Notes: generated by a model not told the origin, from the sequence alone. A stretch of 64,000 nt of DNA from Candidatus Thorarchaeota archaeon (GCA_048884965.1 JBHLQH010000011.1:31913-95912), one strand, 5' to 3'. Shown: positions 40,435 through 50,750, numbered from the stretch's first letter. Numbers and translations are program-made.

Positions 40435-40911
40435 ATGACTCGCCTTTTCCGAGAAATGAGGATAATACTATTCCTTCCTATTATATTATATGAGGATTCA
40501 TTTGTGTTGAGTGGAGATTTACAAAACTCTTCATTAACAAGTAACGTGATAGGAACATGCCCTTGTCTAGGGTATGTTGATGGAGTGGCTGTCTGTTTGA
40601 ACGGTGATACTCTTGAAGAGATTGATATCTTCAGTATTCATCCTGATCTTGTAAATAGAATTGGGCCAAATCCTTCAGACTTCCAAAGTAACTGCCTACC
40701 CGTTTGCTATGGTTGTGTGTCTGTAGGAACCGATGGTAAAGTTCTATGTGCTTCTCAGAAGAAGCAAATCATCATAAGAAATAGAGAGTTATCGTTAAAG
40801 GACTTGGAGGACGCCTTGGACAATTTCCCACGGGATATGTTCACTTCAGAGCAGGATATCTGTAATGAGTGTTTATACAAGGTCCTTGTATCTCTAATTC
40901 TCACATCATAG
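40435..40911 (+). CDS. Cys-rich hypothetical protein
   Basis: CPC, CLPVCYGC, CNEC; start uncertain. Confidence 0.5.
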   Translation: MTRLFREMRIILFLPIILYEDSFVLSGDLQNSSLTSNVIGTCPCLGYVDGVAVCLNGDTLEEIDIFSIHPDLVNRIGPNPSDFQSNCLPVCYGCVSVGTDGKVLCASQKKQIIIRNRELSLKDLEDALDNFPRDMFTSEQDICNECLYKVLVSLILTS

Positions 40912-41046
40912 CACGGACAAACCTCTTCGTCATTCTGCTCTTTGTACATCGGCAAATGTGCTACCCTCAAATCTGCATAGAGGTGACAGCAATTATAGTT
41001 GCGCAGTTGACGATGCTTAATATAGAATATGTCACTTATTACATAG

Positions 41047-41310
41047 GTGATACAAAAAATGCAGCGTGTGACCTACTGTCTTGAATGCGGTATTCCTTTA
41101 ATCAAACCTGAAGATTTCGGTGGTGGTGATCCCGACAATAGGTACTGCTGCAATTGTACCGATGAGGACGGGGTCCTCGTTCGGAAATCCCGAGTTCAAG
41201 ACGGAATCAAGCATTTCTGGACTTCTCGAGATGATTATTCTAAGGCTCGAAAGGCAGAGGTATGGAGTGACAGTCGCTTCGTTTCGCGCATGGCGAACTG
41301 GAGACGATAG
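41047..41310 (+). CDS. Putative zinc-ribbon protein (Zn_ribbon_2-like)
   Basis: CLECGIPL...DFG...NRYCCNC..DG pattern. Confidence 0.7.
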   Translation: MIQKMQRVTYCLECGIPLIKPEDFGGGDPDNRYCCNCTDEDGVLVRKSRVQDGIKHFWTSRDDYSKARKAEVWSDSRFVSRMANWRR

Positions 41311-41460
41311 TTCTCCTTTGAATACTGGTCTATCGCTTTAGAAGGACGCTGGCAGCGTGGAGCTTTCACAAGCTCCCTTTTCCTTCTTTTTCCTGATTCA
41401 AACGTGTGTCTTTCCGATAGAACTAAAACTTAGTTGAGTAATTCTATTGTGTTGATTACA

Positions 41461-42492
41461 ATGGTCGATTTACACGGTCGTGATTTGCTCTGTACTCAGG
41501 ATTGGAGTATTGAAGAACTTGAAAAGACTCTTGATTTGGCTTTTGATATGAAGGCGAATCGATATGATCATCCAATGAATAATTGTCTTGATCGTCGGAC
41601 ATTCTTCATGTTCTTCTACAATCCTTCAGTACGTACTCGTCAATCGTTTGAGGCTGCCGCAACTGAGCTTGGAGGGCATGCACAATTCCTCGAGCCTTCT
41701 TCAATGAGATTGAAAAGCTCGAAGGGAGCAGGTGAAACTGTAGCTGACGCTGCTCAAGTCATGAGCAGGTATGCTGTTGGAATAGGTATCAGAACACTTG
41801 AAACTGCACTGGATTATTATGGACAGGGTCATGAGCTCCTCGAGGAATATGCGAGAAACGCCAGCGTTCCTATCATTAGCATGGCACATGACAAATATCA
41901 TCCATGCCAGGGTCTTGCTGATGTTATGGGCTATAGAATGCATGGAGGGAGAAATCTCAAAGGAAAGAAGTTTGTGCAAGTCTGGGGCAAAGGAGCCCTA
42001 GTCCGTTCATGGTGTTCTGTTCAAGAGAGTATTTTGATTAATTCTCGTTTTGGGATGGACGTGACTCTAGCTCATCCACCTGGATATGATCTCGATCCAA
42101 ATGTCATCAAGATGTGTGAAGATAATGCTGCAACATCCGGAGGAAACTTCGAGATAGTACATGACCTAGAAGAGGCGTATGAAGGAGCCCACTTTGTCTA
42201 TTCCCGAAATTGGATGACCTCTGGCTTCTATGAAAACATGCAAACCAAAGGTGCTGATGAGGCCAAGAAGAAGGAGATTGCGCTTGCAGCCAAATACGAT
42301 GATTGGATTACTACTAAGGAATGGATGGCTAAGACCGATGAAGCCTTCTTCACTCATTGTGGACCCGTTGATCGAAATGCTGAGGTTACTGATGAGGTAT
42401 GTGATGGACCCAGATCGATAGTCTATGATGTTGCTGAGAATCGATTACACGTTCAGAAGGCGATCATGGCTTTGACTATGGGTAAGAAATAG
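41461..42492 (+). CDS. Second carbamoyltransferase paralogue (OTCase-like, divergent)
   Basis: SVRT, HPCQ, RFGMDVTLAHPPGYDL, HCGP in place of HCLP, AENRLH. Confidence 0.9.
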   Translation: MVDLHGRDLLCTQDWSIEELEKTLDLAFDMKANRYDHPMNNCLDRRTFFMFFYNPSVRTRQSFEAAATELGGHAQFLEPSSMRLKSSKGAGETVADAAQVMSRYAVGIGIRTLETALDYYGQGHELLEEYARNASVPIISMAHDKYHPCQGLADVMGYRMHGGRNLKGKKFVQVWGKGALVRSWCSVQESILINSRFGMDVTLAHPPGYDLDPNVIKMCEDNAATSGGNFEIVHDLEEAYEGAHFVYSRNWMTSGFYENMQTKGADEAKKKEIALAAKYDDWITTKEWMAKTDEAFFTHCGPVDRNAEVTDEVCDGPRSIVYDVAENRLHVQKAIMALTMGKK

Positions 42493-42502
42493 AAATTCTG
42501 AT

Positions 42503-42525
42503 GAAGGGGATAACCATCCCCCTTC
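42503..42525. terminator. Hairpin between convergent genes
   Basis: GAAGGGGAT-AACC-ATCCCCCTTC followed by TTTCTT. Confidence 0.55.
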
Positions 42526-42550
42526 TTTCTTCTACTAAGTTGAAACTCCT

Positions 42551-42853
42551 CTACCATCCGCCTTCTGTAGTATCGAATGCACTTAGAACCAAATACATCA
42601 TCACAGCGATGATGATGATGGTGACAGCAAAACCGGTAAGGAATGTCTGAGCAGCTCCACTTTGACTGAATAGAGTTTCTTTGAATTCTGTCCAATCTCC
42701 ACCGGCTACGAGATAACCAACATTATCGAGGATTATTGGAGTGAGAAAAATCACCACAATGATCAGAAAAAGATAGAGGATTCTTCTTAGCCATGCCTGT
42801 TTGAAGCTGAGTTCATTAAAGGATCGATCACGCTGCATGAATATTCCTCGCAC
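42551..42853 (-). CDS. Small 2-TM protein, paralogous to the C-terminal domain of the upstream gene
   Basis: Ends MMYLVLSAFDTTEGGW. Confidence 0.7.
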   Translation of the reverse strand: MRGIFMQRDRSFNELSFKQAWLRRILYLFLIIVVIFLTPIILDNVGYLVAGGDWTEFKETLFSQSGAAQTFLTGFAVTIIIIAVMMYLVLSAFDTTEGGW

Positions 42854-42915
42854 ATCTATGATGCCTATACGTTGTCCTTATGTCTATTACTAACAGAGTA
42901 ATCTCGCAAAGACGT

Positions 42916-43788
42916 CTACCAAGCTCCACCCTTTGTCGAGAAGGCCTTTAGGATGAAGTACATCATGATGGATATCAGAATGATGATGGTGATGAAGCCT
43001 ATCACGAAGGTTCCTGCGGAAAGCTCATTCCAGTAAAAGCCCTCTCCGTAAATCTCGGTCCAGAAGATACCTCCTGTCAGCACTCCCACCGTTGAAAGGA
43101 CAAAGGGAATACTTACAAACACCAGAATTGCCATGGATAGGTATCCTGCCTTTTGAAGCCACAGTCCAAGATTATCCATCTCCATATCAACTGGGGCCAT
43201 GCTCGTGGTCTTAGGCTCTTCTTCCACTGGTGTCTTTACAGTGCCTTTAGTAAGAAGTCTATCATGCAATCTGTGATACTTCGATAGGAAAAACCACTTG
43301 AAGCCCTTCCAGCTAACATTCGTTTCTCTTGTGAGCAACTTTGCTACAGCTACGAACGAGAGGAATGTCATTATCCCTCCCCAGAACATTGGATATGGGT
43401 CACCATAGTAAAGTAGCACGTTATAGAATACTATTCCCACTCGAATCCCTACTAATCCTGCAAGCCAGCCGATGTGATTTCCAAAGATGCTCGATCTAGT
43501 GTGAATATAATATGATCCAGCAATCATAGCAAATACAACGAATGAAACAATGTCAATTACTATCCAGATGAACCACCAGTCGCTGATCAGTGCAAGTCGG
43601 ACTAACGGATTGTATTCGAATTCAGGACCATGTGCTTGAAATAATAGTAGTGTGAACATAGCATCAACAAGTCCAATTGGGGAAATCGCGAGTACAAGTC
43701 CCCTAACCCATCTTTCTTTCCACCAAAGTGAGAACATCTCTCTGAGTGTCATTGTGGACAATGTCGTCTTTGTATATGTCTTCGTCAT
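42916..43788 (-). CDS. Membrane protein: N-terminal DUF5658-like domain plus C-terminal 2-TM domain
   Basis: LVDAMFT...EYNPLV motif; ends MMYFILKAFSTKGGAW. Confidence 0.7.
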   Translation of the reverse strand: MTKTYTKTTLSTMTLREMFSLWWKERWVRGLVLAISPIGLVDAMFTLLLFQAHGPEFEYNPLVRLALISDWWFIWIVIDIVSFVVFAMIAGSYYIHTRSSIFGNHIGWLAGLVGIRVGIVFYNVLLYYGDPYPMFWGGIMTFLSFVAVAKLLTRETNVSWKGFKWFFLSKYHRLHDRLLTKGTVKTPVEEEPKTTSMAPVDMEMDNLGLWLQKAGYLSMAILVFVSIPFVLSTVGVLTGGIFWTEIYGEGFYWNELSAGTFVIGFITIIILISIMMYFILKAFSTKGGAW

Positions 43789-43898
43789 CTATGTTCACCA
43801 TCTAAACATGATTGGATAAAATCCTAATTCTTGATGTCTTTAAGTTATACGTTGTGCGCTAAGAATCAAGAAATGAGAGCTCTGAAAAAAGAGAGTGG

Positions 43899-43919
43899 GC
43901 AGAGAGAAAATCTCTCTGC
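43899..43919 (-). terminator. Hairpin after the dppA-like gene
   Basis: GCAGAGAGA-AAA-TCTCTCTGC, followed on the minus strand by a T6 tract. Confidence 0.65.
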
Positions 43920-43944
43920 GTTCTAAACTATTCAGCTTGTGTGA

Positions 43945-45813
43945 TTACGCCGACTTGTACATGTGGAAGAAGTATGCACCATGCATTGGGTTTGCATTGT
44001 ACTGGACGTTGTAGACGTTTGCACCACAAACAGTCAGTGTCTGGGATTGCCAGACCCAAATGTATGCAGCATGCTCAATGATTGCAGCCTGTACGTCCTC
44101 ATAGAGGGCAATACGTTCAGCTTCATCTTGGCTTACAGCAGCATCATCGATCCATTCATCAACTTCCTCTGCATCCCACCCGTCTGAGTCAGCAAGGCGG
44201 GCCCAATAGGCATAGGTACCTGTGCTCTTCACATAGGGACCAACATAGTTGTCTGGGTCAGCATAGTCAGGTGCCCATCCGATCATCCAACATCCAACTT
44301 GGCCATCAATGGCTGCGTGGAGGTAGGTAGACCACTCTACACCCTGTACATTGATAGTGAGTTCCTCAGAAGGCTGAGTAGTTCCTGCCAAATCAAGCAT
44401 AGCAGTTATGCCGTCCTTGAGTAGGAGCTGAGCCTTTCGTCGGGCTTCATTACCACTGTTGTAATAGAGGTTAATGGTGTAGGAGTTGTTCTCAAGAATG
44501 TCATCTAGACCATCATCAGCCATAGCATCATTCCAGTATGACTGTGCCTCAGTAAGGTCGTATGGATATACGAATGCATCATTGTCATGGCCGAACATTC
44601 CCTTTGGAATGGGACCTTGACCCTGCTCACCAAAGCCATTCAGGACCTGATTGATAGCTGTTTCATAGTCGAAGGCATAGCTAAGAGCCTTTCTGACATT
44701 CTTCAAAGCGAATGGGTTCTGTACAATCTCACCTTGTGTCAGCTCATCCAATGTTTCAGTCATTGTAAAGTGAATTGAAGCAATGCTGAAGCTTGGATAC
44801 TTCGCCCAAACTTTGAGGTTTGGATTCAAGCTCTGAGTCGTACCATCGTTTGAAGCAAAAGCTGAGGGTGTAACATTGTTGTAGACCTGGTATGCGTGAG
44901 TTTCTGGCCAGTAAATGGCATCTGCATCTCCAGCTTCAATGTTAAGAATTCTGCTGTTCACATCTTCGTTGGTCTTAATGATAACGGTATCTAGTGCACC
45001 TGCAAATGGGAAGTCGACACGAGCTTGTGCAGTTCTCCAGTAGTTAGTGTATCTGGAGAGGACAATTCTCTCGTCAACAGTCCATTCGGTGACCATGTAA
45101 GGACCGGTACCACATGTTTCTTCATCGATCACTGTGTTGTGAGATCCAACAACGATACCACCATTTGCCTCGACCCAAGTCGGGCTCATCATGGCACCTA
45201 CTTCATAGGTGAGTGCTGCTAGGAATGGTGTGTATGCGTAAGCAAGTCTAACACGGACGGTGAATTCATCAAGAACGATGACTGCACCTGTGCCATCTGC
45301 ATTGTCAGCAACCCACGCTTCCCATAGCTCCTCATGGAGTGTTGTATTCTCATCATAGACAGCACCTTCGATAGCTCCACCGCCGAGGATTGGCTCTGCA
45401 ATCATCCAAACGGGGCCGCTTGGGTCAAATGTTCCAAGCATTCTCTCGAAGTTATACTGAACACATGATGCATTGAAGGGTGTTCCATCATGGAATGTTA
45501 CACCTTCTCGTAAGTAGAAAGTATAGTTCAAACCATCGGCAGAAACTTCTAAGTCCTCTGCCAACAATGGAACTGTCGGGTCTGTCGATAATGAGTCCCA
45601 TTCATAGGTGTATAATGTTTCATACACATTGTACTGGACCCAGGATCCAAATGATTCATAGTTATTATGAGGATCCATATAGTCGGGATTACCGATCGTT
45701 TCCCAGACAAGTGTCTGGCCGGTCGGTACAGGAGGTGCCAATAAAAGATAGGCGCCTACGGAACCAACTATAATTACGACAACCACGATCGCTATGATCT
45801 GGTTTCTCTGCAT
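43945..45813 (-). CDS. dppA: Peptide/nickel ABC transporter solute-binding protein (SBP family 5)
   Basis: N-terminal anchor, NVYETL, LREGVTFHDGTPFNA, GTGPY, GWAPDYADP. Confidence 0.95.
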   Translation of the reverse strand: MQRNQIIAIVVVVIIVGSVGAYLLLAPPVPTGQTLVWETIGNPDYMDPHNNYESFGSWVQYNVYETLYTYEWDSLSTDPTVPLLAEDLEVSADGLNYTFYLREGVTFHDGTPFNASCVQYNFERMLGTFDPSGPVWMIAEPILGGGAIEGAVYDENTTLHEELWEAWVADNADGTGAVIVLDEFTVRVRLAYAYTPFLAALTYEVGAMMSPTWVEANGGIVVGSHNTVIDEETCGTGPYMVTEWTVDERIVLSRYTNYWRTAQARVDFPFAGALDTVIIKTNEDVNSRILNIEAGDADAIYWPETHAYQVYNNVTPSAFASNDGTTQSLNPNLKVWAKYPSFSIASIHFTMTETLDELTQGEIVQNPFALKNVRKALSYAFDYETAINQVLNGFGEQGQGPIPKGMFGHDNDAFVYPYDLTEAQSYWNDAMADDGLDDILENNSYTINLYYNSGNEARRKAQLLLKDGITAMLDLAGTTQPSEELTINVQGVEWSTYLHAAIDGQVGCWMIGWAPDYADPDNYVGPYVKSTGTYAYWARLADSDGWDAEEVDEWIDDAAVSQDEAERIALYEDVQAAIIEHAAYIWVWQSQTLTVCGANVYNVQYNANPMHGAYFFHMYKSA

Positions 45814-46178
45814 TTTGTTCCTCCTTCTATCTCGTTTCCTAGCTGCGAAAGCGGTTATAGCTAACGCAGCAGCGGTTCGCTAACTGCGAATTATCTAACT
45901 TGGAGTAATCGAGGCTAATATACATTGTGCCACAATGGATTGAAGAACATCAAAAGCTACATGAAAAACCTTTCAAATTTACCCAGAATTCCCGTTTTAT
46001 AACGTTCTATCTCTACGAAACGTACTATCCATATGCTCGAGGAACACTAGCAATTGCACAAACTTGTACAAACATACTACTGAATCCGAAGCCTTAATAT
46101 ACGCTGCAAAAGCAAAATTCGACGCCCTATATTGTTAGGTGCATAATTGGCAGCTCAATCCAGATAATCGGAGGCAAT

Positions 46179-47213
46179 TTGATGAAACTCAGGGATTTCA
46201 TCCTACGTCGTATAATACTAGCTATTCCAGTCGTTTTTGGAGTTCTGACAATCACATGGTTCTTGGCCTATATTGTAGGCGACCCTGTGACTATGTATAT
46301 CAATGAAAATACACCCGCAGAAGCAATTCCAGCAATTCGTGCGGCTCATGGTTTTGATGAACCCTTACATGTGCAGTATTTCCTATATCTCTCCAATCTG
46401 TTTCAAGGTGATTGGGGTGTGAGTGGCTCTACATCAAACCGTCCGGTCCTAGAGATCATTGCTCACAAGTTCCCTGCAACCATTGAGCTAGCCATTGTTG
46501 CAATGATTTTCGCTATTATTCTAGGCATTCCACTTGGGATTATTTCAGCAACCCGAAAGGATCAGAAAATAGATCACTTCACACGAATATTCTCTCTCGC
46601 AGGCGTATCAATGCCCATATTCTGGTTTGCCTTCATGCTCAAGTACGTTCTTTACTATCAATTGGCTATCAATCATCTTCCACACCTGCCCGGCGGAGAG
46701 AGATACGATACGGACTATTACCTCAGTTTTGAGTATATCACTGGATTCCTTTTGATAGATGCGCTGGTTCAAGGAAATATGCCTGTACTTATAGATGGCA
46801 TGCTTCACCTGGTTATGCCCGGATTTTGCCTTGGATATCTTACACTGGCTATCATTACAAGGATGATGCGGTCAAGTATGCTTGAGGTCCTCAAGGAAGA
46901 CTACATCACTCTAGCCCGATCAAAGGGTCTTAAAGAACGGATTGTGATCTACAAACATGCGCTTCGAAATGCGTTGATACCTACTGTGACTGTCATAGGT
47001 CTTGCCTTCGGAGGGCTGATCACAGGTGCTGTTCTAACTGAAACGATCTTCAACTGGCCGGGACTGGGAATGTGGGCTGTACGGTCAATCCTATTCTCTG
47101 ACCTGGCAGCGATCAATGGTTTCACCCTACTGGTCGCAATCATATTTGTCACAGCGAATCTGATTGTCGATCTGATATACGGTGTCCTCGACCCACGGAT
47201 TAGATTTGGATAG
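46179..47213 (+). CDS. dppB: Peptide ABC transporter permease
   Basis: GDWGVS, PATIELA, EAA-loop ARSKGL, ETIFNWPGLG, DPRIR. Confidence 0.95.
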   Translation: MMKLRDFILRRIILAIPVVFGVLTITWFLAYIVGDPVTMYINENTPAEAIPAIRAAHGFDEPLHVQYFLYLSNLFQGDWGVSGSTSNRPVLEIIAHKFPATIELAIVAMIFAIILGIPLGIISATRKDQKIDHFTRIFSLAGVSMPIFWFAFMLKYVLYYQLAINHLPHLPGGERYDTDYYLSFEYITGFLLIDALVQGNMPVLIDGMLHLVMPGFCLGYLTLAIITRMMRSSMLEVLKEDYITLARSKGLKERIVIYKHALRNALIPTVTVIGLAFGGLITGAVLTETIFNWPGLGMWAVRSILFSDLAAINGFTLLVAIIFVTANLIVDLIYGVLDPRIRFG

Positions 47214-47224
47214 GAGGTATAAAA

Positions 47225-48544
47225 ATGGAAACAGAATTCATATCAATCGAAAATGAGGAAGACTATAATCCAAAGCAGTTCAATATAGCTGGCAGTGTCA
47301 CGTTACTCACTGCAATGGTGTCTGTACTATTCGGTGGTGTGATTTTTCTAAACATCATTGTTGGTGGCATACTAGACTTCTTCTCCATAGCAGAACCGGC
47401 ACCTAATTACATGCTTGGTGTTGGCTTGCAATCTCTGCTTGCACTTGTAGTCGGATATATTCTATTCCGAATTTCTATAGCTATCTACGATCACGAGATG
47501 TGGGCATTTTCCACAGGACTCTATATCAATATCCTTAGCATTGTCATATTCCTTTCTCTTGGATACCCTGGTCTATTGCTGGCCCTCGGTCCAGTACTGT
47601 CAATCATGGTGCTTTTCCTCTCTGATGTTAAAATATACTGGTTTCCAAGCTTTAAGGAGGACACTGCTCCAAGATGGAAGGAATTGAAATTTAGCTTGCG
47701 ATTGATAACCAGAAGTCCTCTGGTTGTTGTTGGTATTGTCATCTTGGTTTCATTCATTGCAATTGCATTCTTAGCCCCAGTTCTTTCACCTTACGGTCCA
47801 GAACAACGAATTTGGGCTGATTCAAACCTACCTCCTGGTTCCCCAAGTACAGTTGAGGGACTTCCTGATCACCTTTGGGGTACTGATGACACTGGAGGAG
47901 ATATCTTTAGCAGAATCCTTTATGGCGCCCAAATTGATCTTAGAATATCTGTTACAGTTGTACTTGTTGCCGTTACTGTAGGCGCACTTATTGGTGCGAT
48001 AGCTGGATACTACGGTGGCAAGATCGACGAGCTAGTAATGCGAGTCACTGATGTATTCTTCGCATTTCCCGGACTTGTACTTGCTATGGCTATAGTTATG
48101 GCGCTTGGCGAGAGAAGCCTCGATAACATCTCTATCGCACTAATGGTGACGTGGTGGCCAGCTTATGCACGACTTGTTCGAGGTCAAGTGCTTGCTGAGC
48201 GTGAGAAGCTCTATGTTGAAGCTGCACGATCCATTGGGGCAAGTGATGGGAGAATCTTGCTAGTTCACATTCTGCCAAACACTATTCAACCTCTCATTGT
48301 CCAAGCAACTATGGACACAGGCTCTGTCCTCCTCGTAGCAGCTGGCCTTTCCTTCATCGGATTTGGTCCCCCTGCTGGAATTGCAGAATGGGGCCTGATG
48401 ATCTCGATAGGTCAACTCTACTTCACAGTTGCACCATGGGCAGTTTTCTTCCCTGGTGTGGCAATCCTACTTGTTGCATTAGCTTTCAACCTTGTAGGTG
48501 ATGGAGTCCGTGACATATTGGATCCTAAGTTACGAAGGAGATAG
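47225..48544 (+). CDS. dppC: Peptide ABC transporter permease with an extra N-terminal TM domain
   Basis: HLWGTDDTGGDIFSR, EAARSIGA, HILPN, GDGVRDILDP; about 150-aa hydrophobic N-terminal extension. Confidence 0.9.
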   Translation: METEFISIENEEDYNPKQFNIAGSVTLLTAMVSVLFGGVIFLNIIVGGILDFFSIAEPAPNYMLGVGLQSLLALVVGYILFRISIAIYDHEMWAFSTGLYINILSIVIFLSLGYPGLLLALGPVLSIMVLFLSDVKIYWFPSFKEDTAPRWKELKFSLRLITRSPLVVVGIVILVSFIAIAFLAPVLSPYGPEQRIWADSNLPPGSPSTVEGLPDHLWGTDDTGGDIFSRILYGAQIDLRISVTVVLVAVTVGALIGAIAGYYGGKIDELVMRVTDVFFAFPGLVLAMAIVMALGERSLDNISIALMVTWWPAYARLVRGQVLAEREKLYVEAARSIGASDGRILLVHILPNTIQPLIVQATMDTGSVLLVAAGLSFIGFGPPAGIAEWGLMISIGQLYFTVAPWAVFFPGVAILLVALAFNLVGDGVRDILDPKLRRR

Positions 48545-48548
48545 ACAG

Positions 48549-49703
48549 ATGACTGAAGCAGAGAATATTGTCCTTAGAGTACGAAACTTGGTTACAAACT
48601 TCTACACATATGAAGGTGTAGTAAAAGCCCTTGATGGCGTTGAACTATTCCTGCGACGAGGCGATACGATGGGTCTCGTTGGCGAAACAGGTTGTGGCAA
48701 ATCAGTCACTGCCAGGTCAATATTGAGACTTGTCGAACCTCCCGGACGGATCGAATCTGGTGAGATTATCTACAACGAGCGAAACAAGGTAACTGGTGAG
48801 ATTGAAGCGATTGATGTTCTCAAATTGAGCGAAAAGGAGCTTTTGGACGCTCGAGGTGAGAAGATTGCTATCGTGTTCCAAGACCCTGCAACATATCCTA
48901 ATCCTGTTTTCCGAGTTGGTGACCAAATCGCTGAAGTCATTCTTCTACATCAAGACCTTCGTTATGATGTTCTTGAAATGAAGATTGAAGATCTTCAAGA
49001 AGCCATACGTATGGAACAGAATGCAGAACGTAAGGCGCAGCTACAGGAGAAAATAGCCTACTACGAATCCCTAATGAACGATCCTCCTGTACCTGACGAC
49101 AAGGATGCAAAAGCAGCAGCGTTTCGTCGAGCTGTTAGGATGCTTGAGATGGTGCGAATGCCATCACCAGCCTCAATAGCTCAGCAGTATCCCCATGAGT
49201 TGAGTGGAGGTATGCGTCAACGTGCACTCATTGCTATGGCACTAGCATGCGATCCTGGAATTCTAATCTGTGATGAGGCCACAACTGCTCTTGATGTAAC
49301 GGTTCAGGCTCAAGTACTGAAATTACTGAACCAACTCAAAGAAGAGATAGGCACCTCGATCATTATTATTACGCATGATATGGGTGTAGTTGCTGAAACT
49401 TGTAATTGGGTTAATGTAATGTATGCTGGCACTACCGCTGAATCCTGTGCAACTAGAGAGCTCTTTGCGAATCCCATGCATCCCTATACCGCAGGGCTCC
49501 TTACAGCAGTGCCAAAACTGCATGAGGATAAGGACCGTCTTCCACAAATCCTTGGGAGCGTTCCAAACCTTATCACTCCCCCGCCAGGATGCAGATTCCA
49601 TCCAAGGTGTGAATATGCTACTGCTAGGTGCAAGACCGAGAAACCGTTCCTAGAGGAACTAAGACCTGGACACTGGGTTGCATGTCACAATCCGCTGTTA
49701 TAG
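48549..49703 (+). CDS. dppD: Peptide ABC transporter ATPase with a helical insertion
   Basis: GETGCGKS, YPHELSGGMRQR, CDEATT, HPYT, C-terminal GCRFHPRC...C...CH. Confidence 0.95.
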   Translation: MTEAENIVLRVRNLVTNFYTYEGVVKALDGVELFLRRGDTMGLVGETGCGKSVTARSILRLVEPPGRIESGEIIYNERNKVTGEIEAIDVLKLSEKELLDARGEKIAIVFQDPATYPNPVFRVGDQIAEVILLHQDLRYDVLEMKIEDLQEAIRMEQNAERKAQLQEKIAYYESLMNDPPVPDDKDAKAAAFRRAVRMLEMVRMPSPASIAQQYPHELSGGMRQRALIAMALACDPGILICDEATTALDVTVQAQVLKLLNQLKEEIGTSIIIITHDMGVVAETCNWVNVMYAGTTAESCATRELFANPMHPYTAGLLTAVPKLHEDKDRLPQILGSVPNLITPPPGCRFHPRCEYATARCKTEKPFLEELRPGHWVACHNPLL

Positions 49704-49715
49704 GAGGAATAATGA

Positions 49716-50750
49716 ATGTCAAAGAACACATTAGTAAAAGTCCGCGATTTGAAGAAATACTTTCCACTCACAGGAGGAGTATTCCGAAAGGTCGTTGGAA
49801 GAGTCCATGCAGTGGATGGTATCAATCTTGACATCTACGAAGGCGAAACTGTAGGTGTCGTTGGTGAATCCGGTTGCGGAAAAACTACCTTGGGTCGAAC
49901 TATTCTTCGCCTACTTGAGCCTACTGGTGGGACAATTGAGTTCGATGGTAAGGATATCACAACTCTGGGTGGACATGACCTGCGAGATGTACGAAGGCAG
50001 ATGCAGATAGTATTCCAAGATCCTATGGCTTCTTTGAACCCTCGAGTGACAATCAAGAACTCGGTCGGAGAACCTCTTGTCGTGAATGGAATCGCAAGAG
50101 GTCCAAAGATGAGAGATATGGTACTTGAACTCCTTCAGAAAGTCGGACTAACTGAGGACCATCTCAATCGTTTTCCACATGAGTTTAGTGGAGGTCAAAG
50201 GCAAAGAATATGTATCGCTAGGGCATTGGCTCTCAACCCCAAGTTCATCGTGATGGATGAGCCAACATCTAGCACTGACGTTTCAGTTCAGGCTCAGAGC
50301 CTTAACCTGATGAAGGATCTACAGGATGAATTGAATCTTACCTACATGTTCATTTCTCATGACCTCAGCGTTGTCAAGCATATGAGTGACCGAGTGGCAG
50401 TCATGTACTTGGGAAAGATTGTTGAACTCACACCTCACGATATCTTTAGAAATGCATTTCATCCTTACACATTTGCGTTGGTCTCAGCGGTTCCTATACC
50501 TGATCCGAAATTCGCTGGCAAAGCACATATCCTTTCTGGAGAAGTACCTAGCCCAATTAATCCACCTACTGGCTGCCGATTCCATCCACGCTGTCCATTT
50601 GCACAGGATAGATGCATGACTGATGCTCCTGAGCTTCGCGATATGGGTGATGGACATCTTGTAGCCTGTCATTATGCTGGTACACTCGACTTTGGTACAA
50701 GCGCTCAGCAAGAATACGCCGATTCATTTGATATTCCTGCTAATGCATAG
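49716..50750 (+). CDS. dppF: Peptide ABC transporter ATPase
   Basis: GESGCGKT, FPHEFSGGQRQR, HPYT, GCRFHPRC. Confidence 0.95.
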   Translation: MSKNTLVKVRDLKKYFPLTGGVFRKVVGRVHAVDGINLDIYEGETVGVVGESGCGKTTLGRTILRLLEPTGGTIEFDGKDITTLGGHDLRDVRRQMQIVFQDPMASLNPRVTIKNSVGEPLVVNGIARGPKMRDMVLELLQKVGLTEDHLNRFPHEFSGGQRQRICIARALALNPKFIVMDEPTSSTDVSVQAQSLNLMKDLQDELNLTYMFISHDLSVVKHMSDRVAVMYLGKIVELTPHDIFRNAFHPYTFALVSAVPIPDPKFAGKAHILSGEVPSPINPPTGCRFHPRCPFAQDRCMTDAPELRDMGDGHLVACHYAGTLDFGTSAQQEYADSFDIPANA

